A DNA stretch of 64,000 bases, from the sequence record OR896157.1; one strand, given 5' to 3'. The notes below the pieces were generated by a model. It did not search any database. It saw only the letters and a list, made by a program, of their open reading frames with translations, and was not told the origin of the DNA. Source of the DNA: a phage. Both the position numbers and the translations under genes were made by a program. Below are positions 24,432 to 33,634 of this stretch, piece by piece. Position 1 is the first letter of the stretch; every line of letters starts with the position of its first letter.

Positions 24432-24680
24432 TTAGAATTTAATTTTGAAAGACTGACCTTGATAGTCAGCATTGAACTCATATGAGAAGCCATTTTTAGA
24501 AAAGAATACTTTCATAGCTTCTACATTATTGCTCCATTTTTCTGGAACAATATAAAACGTTTCAAACTTACCACGTTGTGCTGCGTTCCGCAGGTTATCT
24601 TTAATATGAGCTTTAATATCTTCTGGTAGTTCATCACGCACACCCTGTGCCAATGCTCTGTATTCTTGAGCTAGACTCAT
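24432..24680 (-). CDS. hypothetical protein (24.2-like position)
   Basis: 82 aa from first internal ATG (MSLAQEYR...); T4-like codon usage; synteny. Confidence 0.55.
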   Translation of the reverse strand: MSLAQEYRALAQGVRDELPEDIKAHIKDNLRNAAQRGKFETFYIVPEKWSNNVEAMKVFFSKNGFSYEFNADYQGQSFKIKF

Positions 24681-24794
24681 TATAATCACCGTATAAATAT
24701 CAATAATTAGGGAGGGTTCTATCCTTCTATGGTCAAGCGTATGTACTAGAAAGAATCCGTGAAACCATTATACCACGCGGATTCTTTAAGCATA

Positions 24795-25148
24795 TTATAG
24801 AGGGATTACTTTATACTTCTTATTGCCACGAGCATCACGCTTACAAACTAATTTGCACTTCGTACCGCTTGCGATAGTGTAGTCTTCATCAACCTTCATC
24901 CGCATCCAGTCTAATACCATTCCAGATGGGTTAAAAGATTTTTCAACTTCAACCATAATCTTCGTTCCAGATTTATAGAACTTCGATTCTTGTTGTACAT
25001 GGTCAGCCAATGCTCGAGAAAATGCAGACGGACTCAGGAATTTGTTATAACCATGAGCTGCAGCTACAAATGTGTTATCTAATGCATGCTGAATGTTTTT
25101 GATAACTACCTTAGAATATCCAAGGTGTTTTTCAGGATACTGATTCAT
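24795..25148 (-). CDS. hypothetical protein
   Basis: 117-aa ORF; stop followed by a 10-bp stem hairpin; overlaps upstream ORF by 17 nt. Confidence 0.55.
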   Translation of the reverse strand: MNQYPEKHLGYSKVVIKNIQHALDNTFVAAAHGYNKFLSPSAFSRALADHVQQESKFYKSGTKIMVEVEKSFNPSGMVLDWMRMKVDEDYTIASGTKCKLVCKRDARGNKKYKVIPL

Positions 25149-25374
25149 TAAATCCCCTCATATGTTTTACGAGTTGTTGATGACGAGATTCTACATCAGT
25201 ATTAGATAAGCGTTTACGATAGACGATGATTTCTCTTCGTTTAACTCGTGACCGAGCGGCTTCAACCTTTGCGTAATGCAGTGCAGCTTCTTCTGGCTTA
25301 ATGCCAGCTTCTCGAGCGATTTCAATAAAGCTCATGCCGTTTTCATGCTTAAAATGAATCTCAATCGGTGTCAT
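25132..25374 (-). CDS. hypothetical protein with predicted helix-turn-helix segment (24.3-like position)
   Basis: 80-aa ORF; segment MSFIEIAREAGIKPEEAALHYAK looks like an HTH; AGGA Shine-Dalgarno. Confidence 0.5.
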   Translation of the reverse strand: MTPIEIHFKHENGMSFIEIAREAGIKPEEAALHYAKVEAARSRVKRREIIVYRKRLSNTDVESRHQQLVKHMRGFNESVS

Positions 25375-25431
25375 TACTTTATCCTACAGTGAAAGTTGTT
25401 GGTATAATACCACTCTCTAGAAAAAGCAAAA

Positions 25432-25447
25432 GGAGCCCGAAGGCTCC
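25432..25447 (-). terminator. GGAGCC-UUCG-GGCUCC hairpin plus U-run directly after hoc stop
   Basis: Read on minus strand: hairpin followed by TTTTGCTTTTT. Confidence 0.55.
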
Positions 25448-25449
25448 TT

Positions 25450-26853
25450 TTAATAGATGATGCCAGCTTCTAAAGCTGAACGATGAACAATACGTCCATT
25501 CCGTGATTCTTGCACATCAACTTCTGGATAATCATCTAGCATTTTAGCTAGTGTATATCGGTGCAAGTAATAATCGCTGTCGGTGTCATCAAGTTTCCAA
25601 TCTTTTCCTGCGACAGTCATTTCTTGGATTTCATCCATGACCCACCAACCACACCAGATATAGGCTGTTCCTCGGAATGGCAGAGGATGAATATACGGAA
25701 GTTCTCCATCAGGGGCAGGAGCTACCCTTTTAGTAATAGTTACATCACCAGTTGTAGTGACTGTAACAGGAGTGTAATCTTCTGCGGAAACATCAACAGA
25801 AACACCAATCACTTGGGACCCTATATCAGACGTGTCAATCACTAAAGTGCTAGTAGAACCTTCTACAGGAGAACCATCTTTAGTCCAAGAATAAACCCCA
25901 GTTGCACCTTCAGGAGCACCGATAACATTGGCTTTAAAAGACGCCTCAGACCCCTGCTCGGTCGTAATAGACTCAGGAGTCAAAGTAACTGAAACCCCGC
26001 TCATGGTCTTTTTGGTAATCGTTACATTACCGGTTTTAGTAACTGTAACGGGTTTATAATCTGGAGCAGAAACAACAGCAGAAACCTCAATTGCCTGCGA
26101 CCCGATAGTGGATGTATCAATTTCTAGCGTACTTGTTGAGCCTTCTATAGGAGAACCGTCTTTGGCCCATGAGTAAGCTACAGATGCTCCCGCCGGCGCT
26201 CCAGTAACATCGGCTTTAAAAGATGCTTCTGCTCCCTTTTCAGCGGTAATTGAACTAGGCGTCAGAGTAACAGAAACACCACTCATGGTCTTTTTAGTGA
26301 TGGTTACGCTAGCACCTTTGCTTACAGTCACTGGATTGTAATCTGGTGCAGAAACTGTTGCTTCACAATTCAGAGTATAATTAGCCTCTGCTGACTCAGT
26401 TATGGTAATCGTTTTAGCAGTCTGACCTTCAATAACGACAGTACCACGCTTCCAAACATAAGCAATGCTTGCACCTTCTGGAGCACCAACAACGTTAGCC
26501 GTAACTACCTGAGACTGGCCAATTTCTTTAGAAACAGAAGTCGGGCTCAAAGTTAAAGTAATCGCAGGCATAGTTTTGTTCTGAACTGTAAGAGTGGTTT
26601 CTGCCTCAGCAGTTTCTGCCTCACCCTCTGCTGGGGTAACAGTAGCAACTACTTTAACAGTCTTACTGCCGGCAGGTCCTGCAGCAACATAATTCATAGC
26701 TGCGGTGACAGAAGATTGTTTTACGCCATTTACTGTCCATACAAACGTTTCTGTGCCTTCAGCTGCGGCTCCAGAAGTTGTTGCAGTAAAATTGGTTGTT
26801 GCTCCAATGACTGCCGAAGCAGCCAAAGGAGCAATAGATACGCTATAAGCCAT
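25450..26853 (-). CDS. hoc: outer capsid decoration protein Hoc with four Ig-like domains
   Basis: 467 aa; four ~94-aa Ig-like repeats then C-terminal YIHPLPF...WCGWWV capsid-binding region as in T4 Hoc; position between 24.x ORFs and inh. Confidence 0.85.
   Translation of the reverse strand: MAYSVSIAPLAASAVIGATTNFTATTSGAAAEGTETFVWTVNGVKQSSVTAAMNYVAAGPAGSKTVKVVATVTPAEGEAETAEAETTLTVQNKTMPAITLTLSPTSVSKEIGQSQVVTANVVGAPEGASIAYVWKRGTVVIEGQTAKTITITESAEANYTLNCEATVSAPDYNPVTVSKGASVTITKKTMSGVSVTLTPSSITAEKGAEASFKADVTGAPAGASVAYSWAKDGSPIEGSTSTLEIDTSTIGSQAIEVSAVVSAPDYKPVTVTKTGNVTITKKTMSGVSVTLTPESITTEQGSEASFKANVIGAPEGATGVYSWTKDGSPVEGSTSTLVIDTSDIGSQVIGVSVDVSAEDYTPVTVTTTGDVTITKRVAPAPDGELPYIHPLPFRGTAYIWCGWWVMDEIQEMTVAGKDWKLDDTDSDYYLHRYTLAKMLDDYPEVDVQESRNGRIVHRSALEAGIIY
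25723..26286 (-). repeat. tandem duplication of a 282-bp Ig-domain coding unit inside hoc
   Basis: Residues 190-283 and 284-377 of Hoc are ~75 percent identical (MSGVSVTLTP...VTITKKT twice); DNA repeats accordingly. Confidence 0.8.
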
Positions 26854-26862
26854 AGGTGTTCC

Positions 26863-27618
26863 TTATTTTAAAGTTACAAATGAAGAATTACGTGTTTCAC
26901 GAATCATAACAGACCCGTTTCTTTTGATGTAATAAATTAAACTGAACAGTGTCTGGTGTGCTGATGGGTGTCCAAACGATGTTGGACGAGATTTCCAATC
27001 AGGATTGTCTTTAATCCATTGGTAAATCCACCAAGGAAGAGTAACATATCCTGGATTCTTACCTAACAATTGGGTGTTTGGACTAAAGTTTTCAGGAAGT
27101 TCAACAATTTCTTCATTGTTAATAATTTTAACAGCCTTATCCATTTCTTCATTAAACTTTTCTTGGGTGATTGCAGTCACTGGAATAGTATGAACTTTAT
27201 CATCTGCAACTGTAATCACGGAATCACCGATTGGGGCTTCAAGAATAACGCCTTTAACCGGGTCCATTGGCTTACCAAAATGAGGGTCGATATCAGTTAC
27301 TTTCACTTGTGGCGCATCAGAAGATACAGAATCAATCAATAGACGAGCTTCTTCTTTAGCCTCATCTTTAAAAATAGCAGTGCCTTTGGCCTCGTCGTCA
27401 GCTTGAATAAGGTCATAGATTGAAAGACCGTCATTCTGCTCTGGCATGGGTTCATTAGCAAGTTTGGCCAATTCGACTTCAAGGTCAGCGACCATATTGT
27501 CAAAGGCTTTAGTTTTCTTCAGCTTGATGCCGAAGGTTTCAGCGTACTCGGCAAGCTTTTCTTTGGCTTCTTTTTTCTCAAGTGCACCGATTTCAGCAAT
27601 ATAATCTTTATCTAACAT
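26863..27618 (-). CDS. inh: probable Inh (prohead protease inhibitor) homologue
   Basis: Position between hoc and uvsW as in T4; start set at MLDKDYIAE with GAGG Shine-Dalgarno; late promoter upstream; function by synteny only. Confidence 0.6.
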   Translation of the reverse strand: MLDKDYIAEIGALEKKEAKEKLAEYAETFGIKLKKTKAFDNMVADLEVELAKLANEPMPEQNDGLSIYDLIQADDEAKGTAIFKDEAKEEARLLIDSVSSDAPQVKVTDIDPHFGKPMDPVKGVILEAPIGDSVITVADDKVHTIPVTAITQEKFNEEMDKAVKIINNEEIVELPENFSPNTQLLGKNPGYVTLPWWIYQWIKDNPDWKSRPTSFGHPSAHQTLFSLIYYIKRNGSVMIRETRNSSFVTLK

Positions 27619-27633
27619 AGTAGCCTCGTTGTG

Positions 27634-27641
27634 TATAAATA
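27634..27641 (+). promoter_or_regulatory. late promoter box TATAAATA for uvsW
   Basis: Exact TATAAATA ~30 nt upstream of uvsW ATG in a divergent intergenic region. Confidence 0.55.
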
Positions 27642-27647
27642 TAAATG

Positions 27648-27655
27648 TATTTATA
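27648..27655 (-). promoter_or_regulatory. late promoter box TATAAATA (minus strand) for inh/hoc
   Basis: Reverse complement of tatttata gives TATAAATA ~30 nt upstream of inh ATG. Confidence 0.5.
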
Positions 27656-27670
27656 ACTAAGGAATCGGCA

Positions 27671-29173
27671 ATGCACGATATCAATGTAAAATTTCATGAT
27701 TTTAGTCATGTGTTTATTGAGTGTGATGAATCCACATTCCATGAACTAAGAGACTATTTTAGTTTTGAAGCTGATGGCTACAAATTCAATCCAAAGTATC
27801 GTTATGGACATTGGGATGGACGTATTCGTCTTCTGAACTATGACCGTCTGTTACCGTTCGGCCTAGTCGGACAAATCCGTAAATTCGCAAATAGCATGGG
27901 TTATTCAGTTTACTTCGAACCGAAGATTTTTGAGACTGAAGAAATAACTCGCAAAGATTTTGATGACTGGCTTGGTAATCTCAATATTTACTCTGGGAGT
28001 AAAAAGATTGAGCCTCACTGGTATCAGAAAGATGCTGTGTTTGAAGGGTTAGTGAATCGTCGTCGAATTTTGAACCTTCCAACATCTGCTGGTAAATCTT
28101 TAATCCAATGCTTACTTGCGCGTTATTATGTTGAGAACTATGAAGGTAAAATTTTAATCATCGTTCCAACAACAGCATTAGTTGACCAGATGATTAATGA
28201 CTTCTGTGATTATCGTCTGTTTGGCAAACAACATTGTCTTGGTATTCGCTCAGGTACAAAGCGCGATTCAGATGCAATGATTTATGTTGCCACCTGGCAG
28301 ACAGCCGTTAAACAACCAAAAGAATGGTTTCACCAATTCGGCATGATGATGAATGACGAATGTCATCTGGCTACTGGCAAATCTATTTCAACTATCGTTG
28401 CTGGTTTAAATAATTGCATGTTTAAGTTCGGCTTGTCTGGTTCATTAAAAGACGGCAAAGCTAACGTGATGCAGTATGTTGGAATGTTCGGTGAAATTTT
28501 CCGTCCAGTTTCAACATCTCAGCTCATGGAAGATGGTCAAGTAACTGACTTAAAAATTAACTCAATCTTCCTTCGTTACCCAGACGAATTCACCACTAAA
28601 ATGAAAGGTAAAACTTACCAAGAAGAAATCAAGGTAATTACCAGCGCAAAACGTCGTAACAAATGGGTAGCTAATTTAGCTGTAAAACTGGCCAAAAGAA
28701 ATGAAAACGCGTTCTTGATGTTCAAACATGTTGCTCATGGTAAAGAGCTGTTTGAAATGATTAAAGAACTTGGACATGAGAAGGTGTATTACGTTTCAGG
28801 CGAAGTATCAACTGAAGTTCGTAACGCATTGAAGGTAATGGCTGAAAACGGTACGGGGATTATTGTAGTTGCATCTTACGGTGTATTCTCTACTGGTATT
28901 TCCGTTAAGAATCTTCACCATGTTATTTTAGCTCATCCAGTTAAGTCTAAAATTATCGTTCTGCAGACTATCGGTCGTGTACTTCGTAAGCATGATTCTA
29001 AATCAATTGCTACAGTATGGGATATCATCGATGATATGGGTGTTAAACCAAAATCAGCAAATGCCAAGAAGAAATACGTTCATTTGAACTATGCTTTAAA
29101 GCACGCGCTGGAGCGCATTCAGAGATATGCAGACGAAAAATTCAATTACGTAATGAAACAAATCGATATTTGA
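27671..29173 (+). CDS. uvsW: UvsW recombination/repair helicase (SF2)
   Basis: Start moved to ATG giving MHDINVKFHDFSHVFIECDESTFHELRDYF (T4 UvsW MDIKVHFHDFSHVRIDCEE...); Walker A PTSAGKS; AAGGA Shine-Dalgarno. Confidence 0.93.
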   Translation: MHDINVKFHDFSHVFIECDESTFHELRDYFSFEADGYKFNPKYRYGHWDGRIRLLNYDRLLPFGLVGQIRKFANSMGYSVYFEPKIFETEEITRKDFDDWLGNLNIYSGSKKIEPHWYQKDAVFEGLVNRRRILNLPTSAGKSLIQCLLARYYVENYEGKILIIVPTTALVDQMINDFCDYRLFGKQHCLGIRSGTKRDSDAMIYVATWQTAVKQPKEWFHQFGMMMNDECHLATGKSISTIVAGLNNCMFKFGLSGSLKDGKANVMQYVGMFGEIFRPVSTSQLMEDGQVTDLKINSIFLRYPDEFTTKMKGKTYQEEIKVITSAKRRNKWVANLAVKLAKRNENAFLMFKHVAHGKELFEMIKELGHEKVYYVSGEVSTEVRNALKVMAENGTGIIVVASYGVFSTGISVKNLHHVILAHPVKSKIIVLQTIGRVLRKHDSKSIATVWDIIDDMGVKPKSANAKKKYVHLNYALKHALERIQRYADEKFNYVMKQIDI

Positions 29174-29180
29174 GGAAGCT

Positions 29181-29420
29181 ATGAGCAATCTTAAAACTTT
29201 TGAACAAATCATTTACGAGGCATCGATTGATAACTTCATGAGCAAAATTAATTCTTGTCAGACTTTAGATGGTTTGAAAGAGCTTGAGAAGTATTATGAG
29301 AAGCGCTCAAAAGAAGCTGAGCTGGCTGATTCTGATGACATCAGTGTACGGGATGCTTTGGCGGGGCGTCGAGCTGAACTCGAAGCTGCAGATGATTCTG
29401 AGTCGGAAGAAGACTTCTAA
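29181..29420 (+). CDS. uvsW.1: UvsW.1 small acidic protein
   Basis: 79-aa ORF directly after uvsW as in T4. Confidence 0.75.
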   Translation: MSNLKTFEQIIYEASIDNFMSKINSCQTLDGLKELEKYYEKRSKEAELADSDDISVRDALAGRRAELEAADDSESEEDF

Positions 29421-29427
29421 TAAAAAG

Positions 29428-29445
29428 GCCCCTCGAAAGAGGGGC
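29428..29445. terminator. bidirectional hairpin GCCCCTC-GAAA-GAGGGGC between uvsW.1 and convergent minus-strand ORF
   Basis: Perfect 7-bp inverted repeat between convergent genes. Confidence 0.5.
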
Positions 29446-29472
29446 AAACCACAAGTGGCATAAAACACTAGG

Positions 29473-29640
29473 CTACATTAAAAGTTGCGTTTCATTTAAT
29501 TGCTCTTCTGCGCTTTCGCTTACCGGCAATTCAATCGCATAATTATAACAAGCACCTGGATGAACAGGGCCTTTATCTGTTTCAACAACCAACGCCGAAT
29601 CAATCGGTTGCTTACAGACAGCACAAATCTTTTCAGACAT
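29473..29640 (-). CDS. small Cys-rich protein (uvsY.-1-like position), possible zinc ribbon
   Basis: 55 aa from internal ATG with GAGGAG Shine-Dalgarno; CAVC...HPGAC spacing. Confidence 0.5.
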   Translation of the reverse strand: MSEKICAVCKQPIDSALVVETDKGPVHPGACYNYAIELPVSESAEEQLNETQLLM

Positions 29641-29673
29641 GATTGTCTCCTCAGTTATTAACAATTCTATTTA

Positions 29674-30087
29674 TTAGTCACCTGCTTCAAACCTACGCAT
29701 ATCAATAATATGCTTGATTGAGAATCCACGAGATTTGATAGCATCCATCGCATCACGACAGAACTCCAACAAAATACCCCAATATTGCAAACTTGTATCA
29801 ATACGAAGAACTTCTTTATCAGCAGACAGAACAGTCTTCATTTCGGACTTTTCATAACGGTCCATGCTGAACTCGTCACCATCGCCTCTGCCTGTGTAAT
29901 AATCCAACTTCTGCTTTAACGCGGACTTCTTCGAAGCCTCGATGCGAAGCATTTCTTTACGAATAGCAGACAATTTTGTCAACCATTTACCATAAAGAAC
30001 TGGATTATTAGCTGCTTCATACTGCAATTTAGTTGAATCAATAATCAAATCTTGTTTCAACTCTTCCTGTAAATCTTCAAGCTTCAT
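29674..30087 (-). CDS. uvsY: UvsY recombination mediator
   Basis: Start at MKLEDLQEELK (T4 UvsY MRLEDLQEELK); near-identical throughout. Confidence 0.93.
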   Translation of the reverse strand: MKLEDLQEELKQDLIIDSTKLQYEAANNPVLYGKWLTKLSAIRKEMLRIEASKKSALKQKLDYYTGRGDGDEFSMDRYEKSEMKTVLSADKEVLRIDTSLQYWGILLEFCRDAMDAIKSRGFSIKHIIDMRRFEAGD

Positions 30088-30136
30088 AATCACCTTTCTT
30101 TGTTCAATTTGTTACTCTAGCAAGGAACTCAAAACC

Positions 30137-30161
30137 ATTATAACCATCTTGAAATGAAAGC
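30137..30161 (-). promoter_or_regulatory. candidate MotA-dependent middle promoter for uvsY
   Basis: Minus strand reads GCTTTCA-N12-TATAAT, resembling MotA box plus sigma70 -10; T4 uvsY has a middle promoter. Confidence 0.35.
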
Positions 30162-30163
30162 GA

Positions 30164-30562
30164 TTAGTTACGGCTTGAGCTTGCCAACTGAAGCTTAATC
30201 TGCTCAAGGTCGTCCGGGTTGTCAACTACAGAGAACCGAACTTCAACGATAAGCGTATGGTCATCGTAAACCGGAGTAACATTCACTTGTAGACGACGGA
30301 CTCGCGGTTCATAGTTTCTTATAGCAGATATGATATTTCGTTCTACTGTATCAGCTGTCAGAGGAGTCATGTTCTCGAAAAGCTGGTCTTGTAAATCACA
30401 CCCAAAGTTAGGGTCGAATGGACGGCTTCCCTTTCTTGTTGTTATAATACCTAAAAGAGAGTTTTTAATTGCTCGTAACCCACGAGCACGTGCCACGTCT
30501 TTGGACCAATCCATTTTAAGTTCAGGGTCCAAATCCGAATAAAGGTCATTTATATTTGCCAT
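30164..30562 (-). CDS. 25: baseplate wedge protein gp25
   Basis: 132 aa, same as T4; TAATG overlap with gene 26. Confidence 0.9.
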   Translation of the reverse strand: MANINDLYSDLDPELKMDWSKDVARARGLRAIKNSLLGIITTRKGSRPFDPNFGCDLQDQLFENMTPLTADTVERNIISAIRNYEPRVRRLQVNVTPVYDDHTLIVEVRFSVVDNPDDLEQIKLQLASSSRN

Positions 30563-31191
30563 TACAGATACCTGAAGAATTCTTTAAGGCCTTTAATCAC
30601 TTCAACGTGAGTTGCTCCGCATTTCTGACATTTCACAGGAACTGCTAGATAAACGGTAGGCTTTAAAAGCATATTTTTGATGCGGATAATATCCTCTTCA
30701 GTGATAGCTGAGTAAAGGTCATCGATTTCTTTGTCATTCAAATCTTCGATTGAAATGGTTTCACCATTCACATAGATGTACTCGATGCACGTAGCAATCA
30801 TCTGTGCGATGTTCTTATCATCGAATAATTTTGGATAACGAAGCTTAAGTTTAAAATTCGCTAGAGGATACCAGAGTTCCTCTGGTTCATCGATTTGTGC
30901 AGATGTAAAGTTAATCGGTGTTAATGTTTCGTGACCTTCTGGACATATCCAGATGTTCTCATGATTAACCTCACCTAATGAGTGAGACCATAACTGAATC
31001 AGCAGAAGTTCTGATTCTTGCTTGTTAAGGTTTTTCGCTGATGTACAATTATTAATCAGCCGTTTTACTACTTCATCAATGTTTCCATTGATTTTGCCAT
31101 CGATGAGCTCTTTGTATTCTTCTAACGTAAAAGCTCTGCATTGAATATCAGAGCCATTAATCTGGACTTCAAATTTGTAATCGTAGTTCAT
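30562..31191 (-). CDS. 26: baseplate hub assembly protein gp26
   Basis: 209 aa vs 208 in T4; divergent from gene 51 as in T4. Confidence 0.88.
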   Translation of the reverse strand: MNYDYKFEVQINGSDIQCRAFTLEEYKELIDGKINGNIDEVVKRLINNCTSAKNLNKQESELLLIQLWSHSLGEVNHENIWICPEGHETLTPINFTSAQIDEPEELWYPLANFKLKLRYPKLFDDKNIAQMIATCIEYIYVNGETISIEDLNDKEIDDLYSAITEEDIIRIKNMLLKPTVYLAVPVKCQKCGATHVEVIKGLKEFFRYL

Positions 31192-31208
31192 ATTAGCTCC
31201 TTACGGAC

Positions 31209-31216
31209 TATTTATA
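31209..31216 (-). promoter_or_regulatory. late promoter box TATAAATA (minus strand) for genes 26/25
   Basis: Part of the palindromic TATTTATAAATA in the 26/51 divergent intergenic region. Confidence 0.5.
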
Positions 31217-31220
31217 AATA
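31213..31220 (+). promoter_or_regulatory. late promoter box TATAAATA for gene 51
   Basis: Exact TATAAATA ~20 nt upstream of gene 51 ATG. Confidence 0.55.
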
Positions 31221-31240
31221 TTTCAATAAAGGAGACCTCT

Positions 31241-31993
31241 ATGGCCAATATAATTCGTTGTGTACTACCGGACGGGGTCCATCGTTTTAAACCCTTCACG
31301 GTAGCTGATTACAGAGATTTTCTTCTGGTTCGTAACGACATGCAACACAAAACTTACGAAGAGCAGAAGGTGATTATAAAAGAACTTTTAGCTGATTACT
31401 TTGGTGAATATCCAGAGACTTTACGTCCATACATGTTCATGAAGGTATTCACTGGCTCAATCGGTAAAACAAAAATTCCGGTGGCTTTCACTTGTCCGAC
31501 TTGCGAAAAACAAAAGCAAGTTCTGTTTGATATCAGTCAAGAGGATTTGGTTGAACCGACAATCGAAGTAGCTGGAATCACAATAGCTTTTAAATTTCCT
31601 GAGAGGGAATATGAAGATAAAGCTGCAATGATTTACGATTGCATTAAAGCAATTAAATACAACAATCAATGGTATCCTTGGAAAGAGATGTCAGAAGACA
31701 ACCAAATCCAAGTAATAGAAGCAATTGACTTCACAACGTTTGAAAAGATTTACACTCAATTAACTCCGATGAGATTTGAGCTTAAGATGAAATGTTGTGA
31801 GTTGAGAACAAACGTGTATGAAGACATTTTATCAGTCTTTAAGCTTCTGATAAACCCGGATGAAATTTTTAGCTTCTACCAAATCAATCACACTCTTGTT
31901 AAAAGTTCATACGATTTGAATAGTATAATGGGTATGATTCCAATCGAGCGAAGCATCGCCCTTTCGTTAGTAGAGAAGGACAATAAGAAATGA
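31241..31993 (+). CDS. 51: baseplate hub assembly catalyst gp51
   Basis: 250 aa vs 249 in T4; synteny. Confidence 0.88.
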   Translation: MANIIRCVLPDGVHRFKPFTVADYRDFLLVRNDMQHKTYEEQKVIIKELLADYFGEYPETLRPYMFMKVFTGSIGKTKIPVAFTCPTCEKQKQVLFDISQEDLVEPTIEVAGITIAFKFPEREYEDKAAMIYDCIKAIKYNNQWYPWKEMSEDNQIQVIEAIDFTTFEKIYTQLTPMRFELKMKCCELRTNVYEDILSVFKLLINPDEIFSFYQINHTLVKSSYDLNSIMGMIPIERSIALSLVEKDNKK

Positions 31994-33174
31994 CAGTACT
32001 ACAACGTCCAGGTTTTCCTAACTTAAGCATAAAGCTCTATGAAAATTACGATGCTTGGTTAGATAACCGTTTCCTTGAATTAGCAGCAACTGTAACGACA
32101 CTCACTATGCGCGATGGTCTTTATGGAAGAAATGAAGGAATGCTGCAATTCTATGATAACAAAAATATGCATACCAAAATGAATGGTGACCAAATCATTC
32201 AAATTTCTGTGGCCAATGCAAATAGTAAAAGAACATTGAACCGCATTTATGGATGCAAACACTTTTCGGTTTCGGTTGACTCTAAAGGCGATAACATCAT
32301 CGCAATTCAACTTGGATTGGTGCATGAGATTATCAACCTCAAATTTAGTCGTTGTTTCTTCAACGACGCTGGAGAGTCAATTAAAGAGATGATTGGTGTA
32401 ATTTACCAAGACACTCCTCATATTGCTCCAGCTATAAACTCAATTAACACTTACGTTCCACGAGTTCCATGGACGAGTACGTTAAAAGACTATTTAGCTT
32501 GGGTTAGAGAAATATCTCTTGCTGTTGAAAGTGACCAGTTCGTGTTTGTGTGGGAAGATATCTATGGCATCAACATGATGGACTACGCGTTTATGATTGC
32601 CCAAGAGCCTATCCCGGTTGTTGTTGGTGAACCTCGCCAAATTGGCCAAATGATTAATGAACTGAACACCGACCTTGCTTATAATTTCGAGTGGCTTACT
32701 AAAGCTAATCAATTCACGCGTAACCCAATGGCTAATGCTACATTTTATGCCCACAGCTTCTTGGATAACCAATTCCCTCGAATTATTACTGGCGATGGTT
32801 ATAACTCGGTTTTGGTATCTCGCTCAGGTTCATATTCTGAAATGACTTATCGTAATGCATATGAAGAAGCTTTACGATTAGGAACAATGGCGCAATATGA
32901 CGGTTATGCTAAGTGCACTATGGTTGGTAACTTTGAATATACTCCAGGAAAAAAGATAAACTTCTTTGACCCTAAAAACCAATTCCGCACAAACTTTTAC
33001 GTAGATGAAGTTATTCATGAAGTTTCTAACAACCAGTCAATAACTACATTATACATGTTTACTAACGGACAGAACTTAAGTCCAGTAGAACCAATTAAGG
33101 TGAAAAATGAATTTAAACCTAATACTTCCAATGAAAACAATTCAAGTGAACCAGAAGGAAATAAAAATTCCTAA
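31990..33174 (+). CDS. 27: baseplate hub protein gp27
   Basis: 394 aa; [23 protein letters not shown] matches T4 gp27 N-terminus; ATGA overlap with 51. Confidence 0.93.
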   Translation: MTVLQRPGFPNLSIKLYENYDAWLDNRFLELAATVTTLTMRDGLYGRNEGMLQFYDNKNMHTKMNGDQIIQISVANANSKRTLNRIYGCKHFSVSVDSKGDNIIAIQLGLVHEIINLKFSRCFFNDAGESIKEMIGVIYQDTPHIAPAINSINTYVPRVPWTSTLKDYLAWVREISLAVESDQFVFVWEDIYGINMMDYAFMIAQEPIPVVVGEPRQIGQMINELNTDLAYNFEWLTKANQFTRNPMANATFYAHSFLDNQFPRIITGDGYNSVLVSRSGSYSEMTYRNAYEEALRLGTMAQYDGYAKCTMVGNFEYTPGKKINFFDPKNQFRTNFYVDEVIHEVSNNQSITTLYMFTNGQNLSPVEPIKVKNEFKPNTSNENNSSEPEGNKNS

Positions 33175-33634
33175 GCTTGGATTGAAGCATCACAACATGC
33201 TGAAAGAAGTTAAATCTCCGGAAGAGAATTTATCGCTGCTGATTAATTCAATTCATCCAGGTTTAACACCAGCCGAAATCGATTACGTTTCAATTCATTT
33301 ACTTGAGTTCAACGGTAAGATTAAAAGTAAGGTAGTCAAAGATGATTTTGAATATGACCTTTCAACTTTAAGAATTGTTCAACGATTAGAATTTCAATTC
33401 GCTGGTCATACTTTCAAATTCAGAGCTCCTAAGCAGTTTGAAGGATTTGGCGGTGTTGATAAGATGCTTTCAAAATGCCTTGAAACGGTAGACGGTAAAA
33501 AAGAAGATGTCGACTTCATGAAGATGCCAGCATTTGTAACTAAATGGGCAGACGACATTTCAAGTACCGTAGCAGTAAGCGGCCCTAATGGCGACATCAG
33601 AGGAGTTGCCAAAATCATAGGAATTTTTGAATGA
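33107..33634 (+). CDS. 28: baseplate hub distal subunit gp28
   Basis: 175 aa vs 177 in T4; AAGGTGA Shine-Dalgarno; start overlaps gene 27 by 68 nt in another frame, so start is less certain. Confidence 0.8.
   Translation: MNLNLILPMKTIQVNQKEIKIPKLGLKHHNMLKEVKSPEENLSLLINSIHPGLTPAEIDYVSIHLLEFNGKIKSKVVKDDFEYDLSTLRIVQRLEFQFAGHTFKFRAPKQFEGFGGVDKMLSKCLETVDGKKEDVDFMKMPAFVTKWADDISSTVAVSGPNGDIRGVAKIIGIFE

Noticed and set aside
24692-24699. TATAAATA on the plus strand inside the minus-strand 24.x module
   Set aside because: No plus-strand gene downstream; probably fortuitous in AT-rich DNA, though antisense late transcription cannot be excluded
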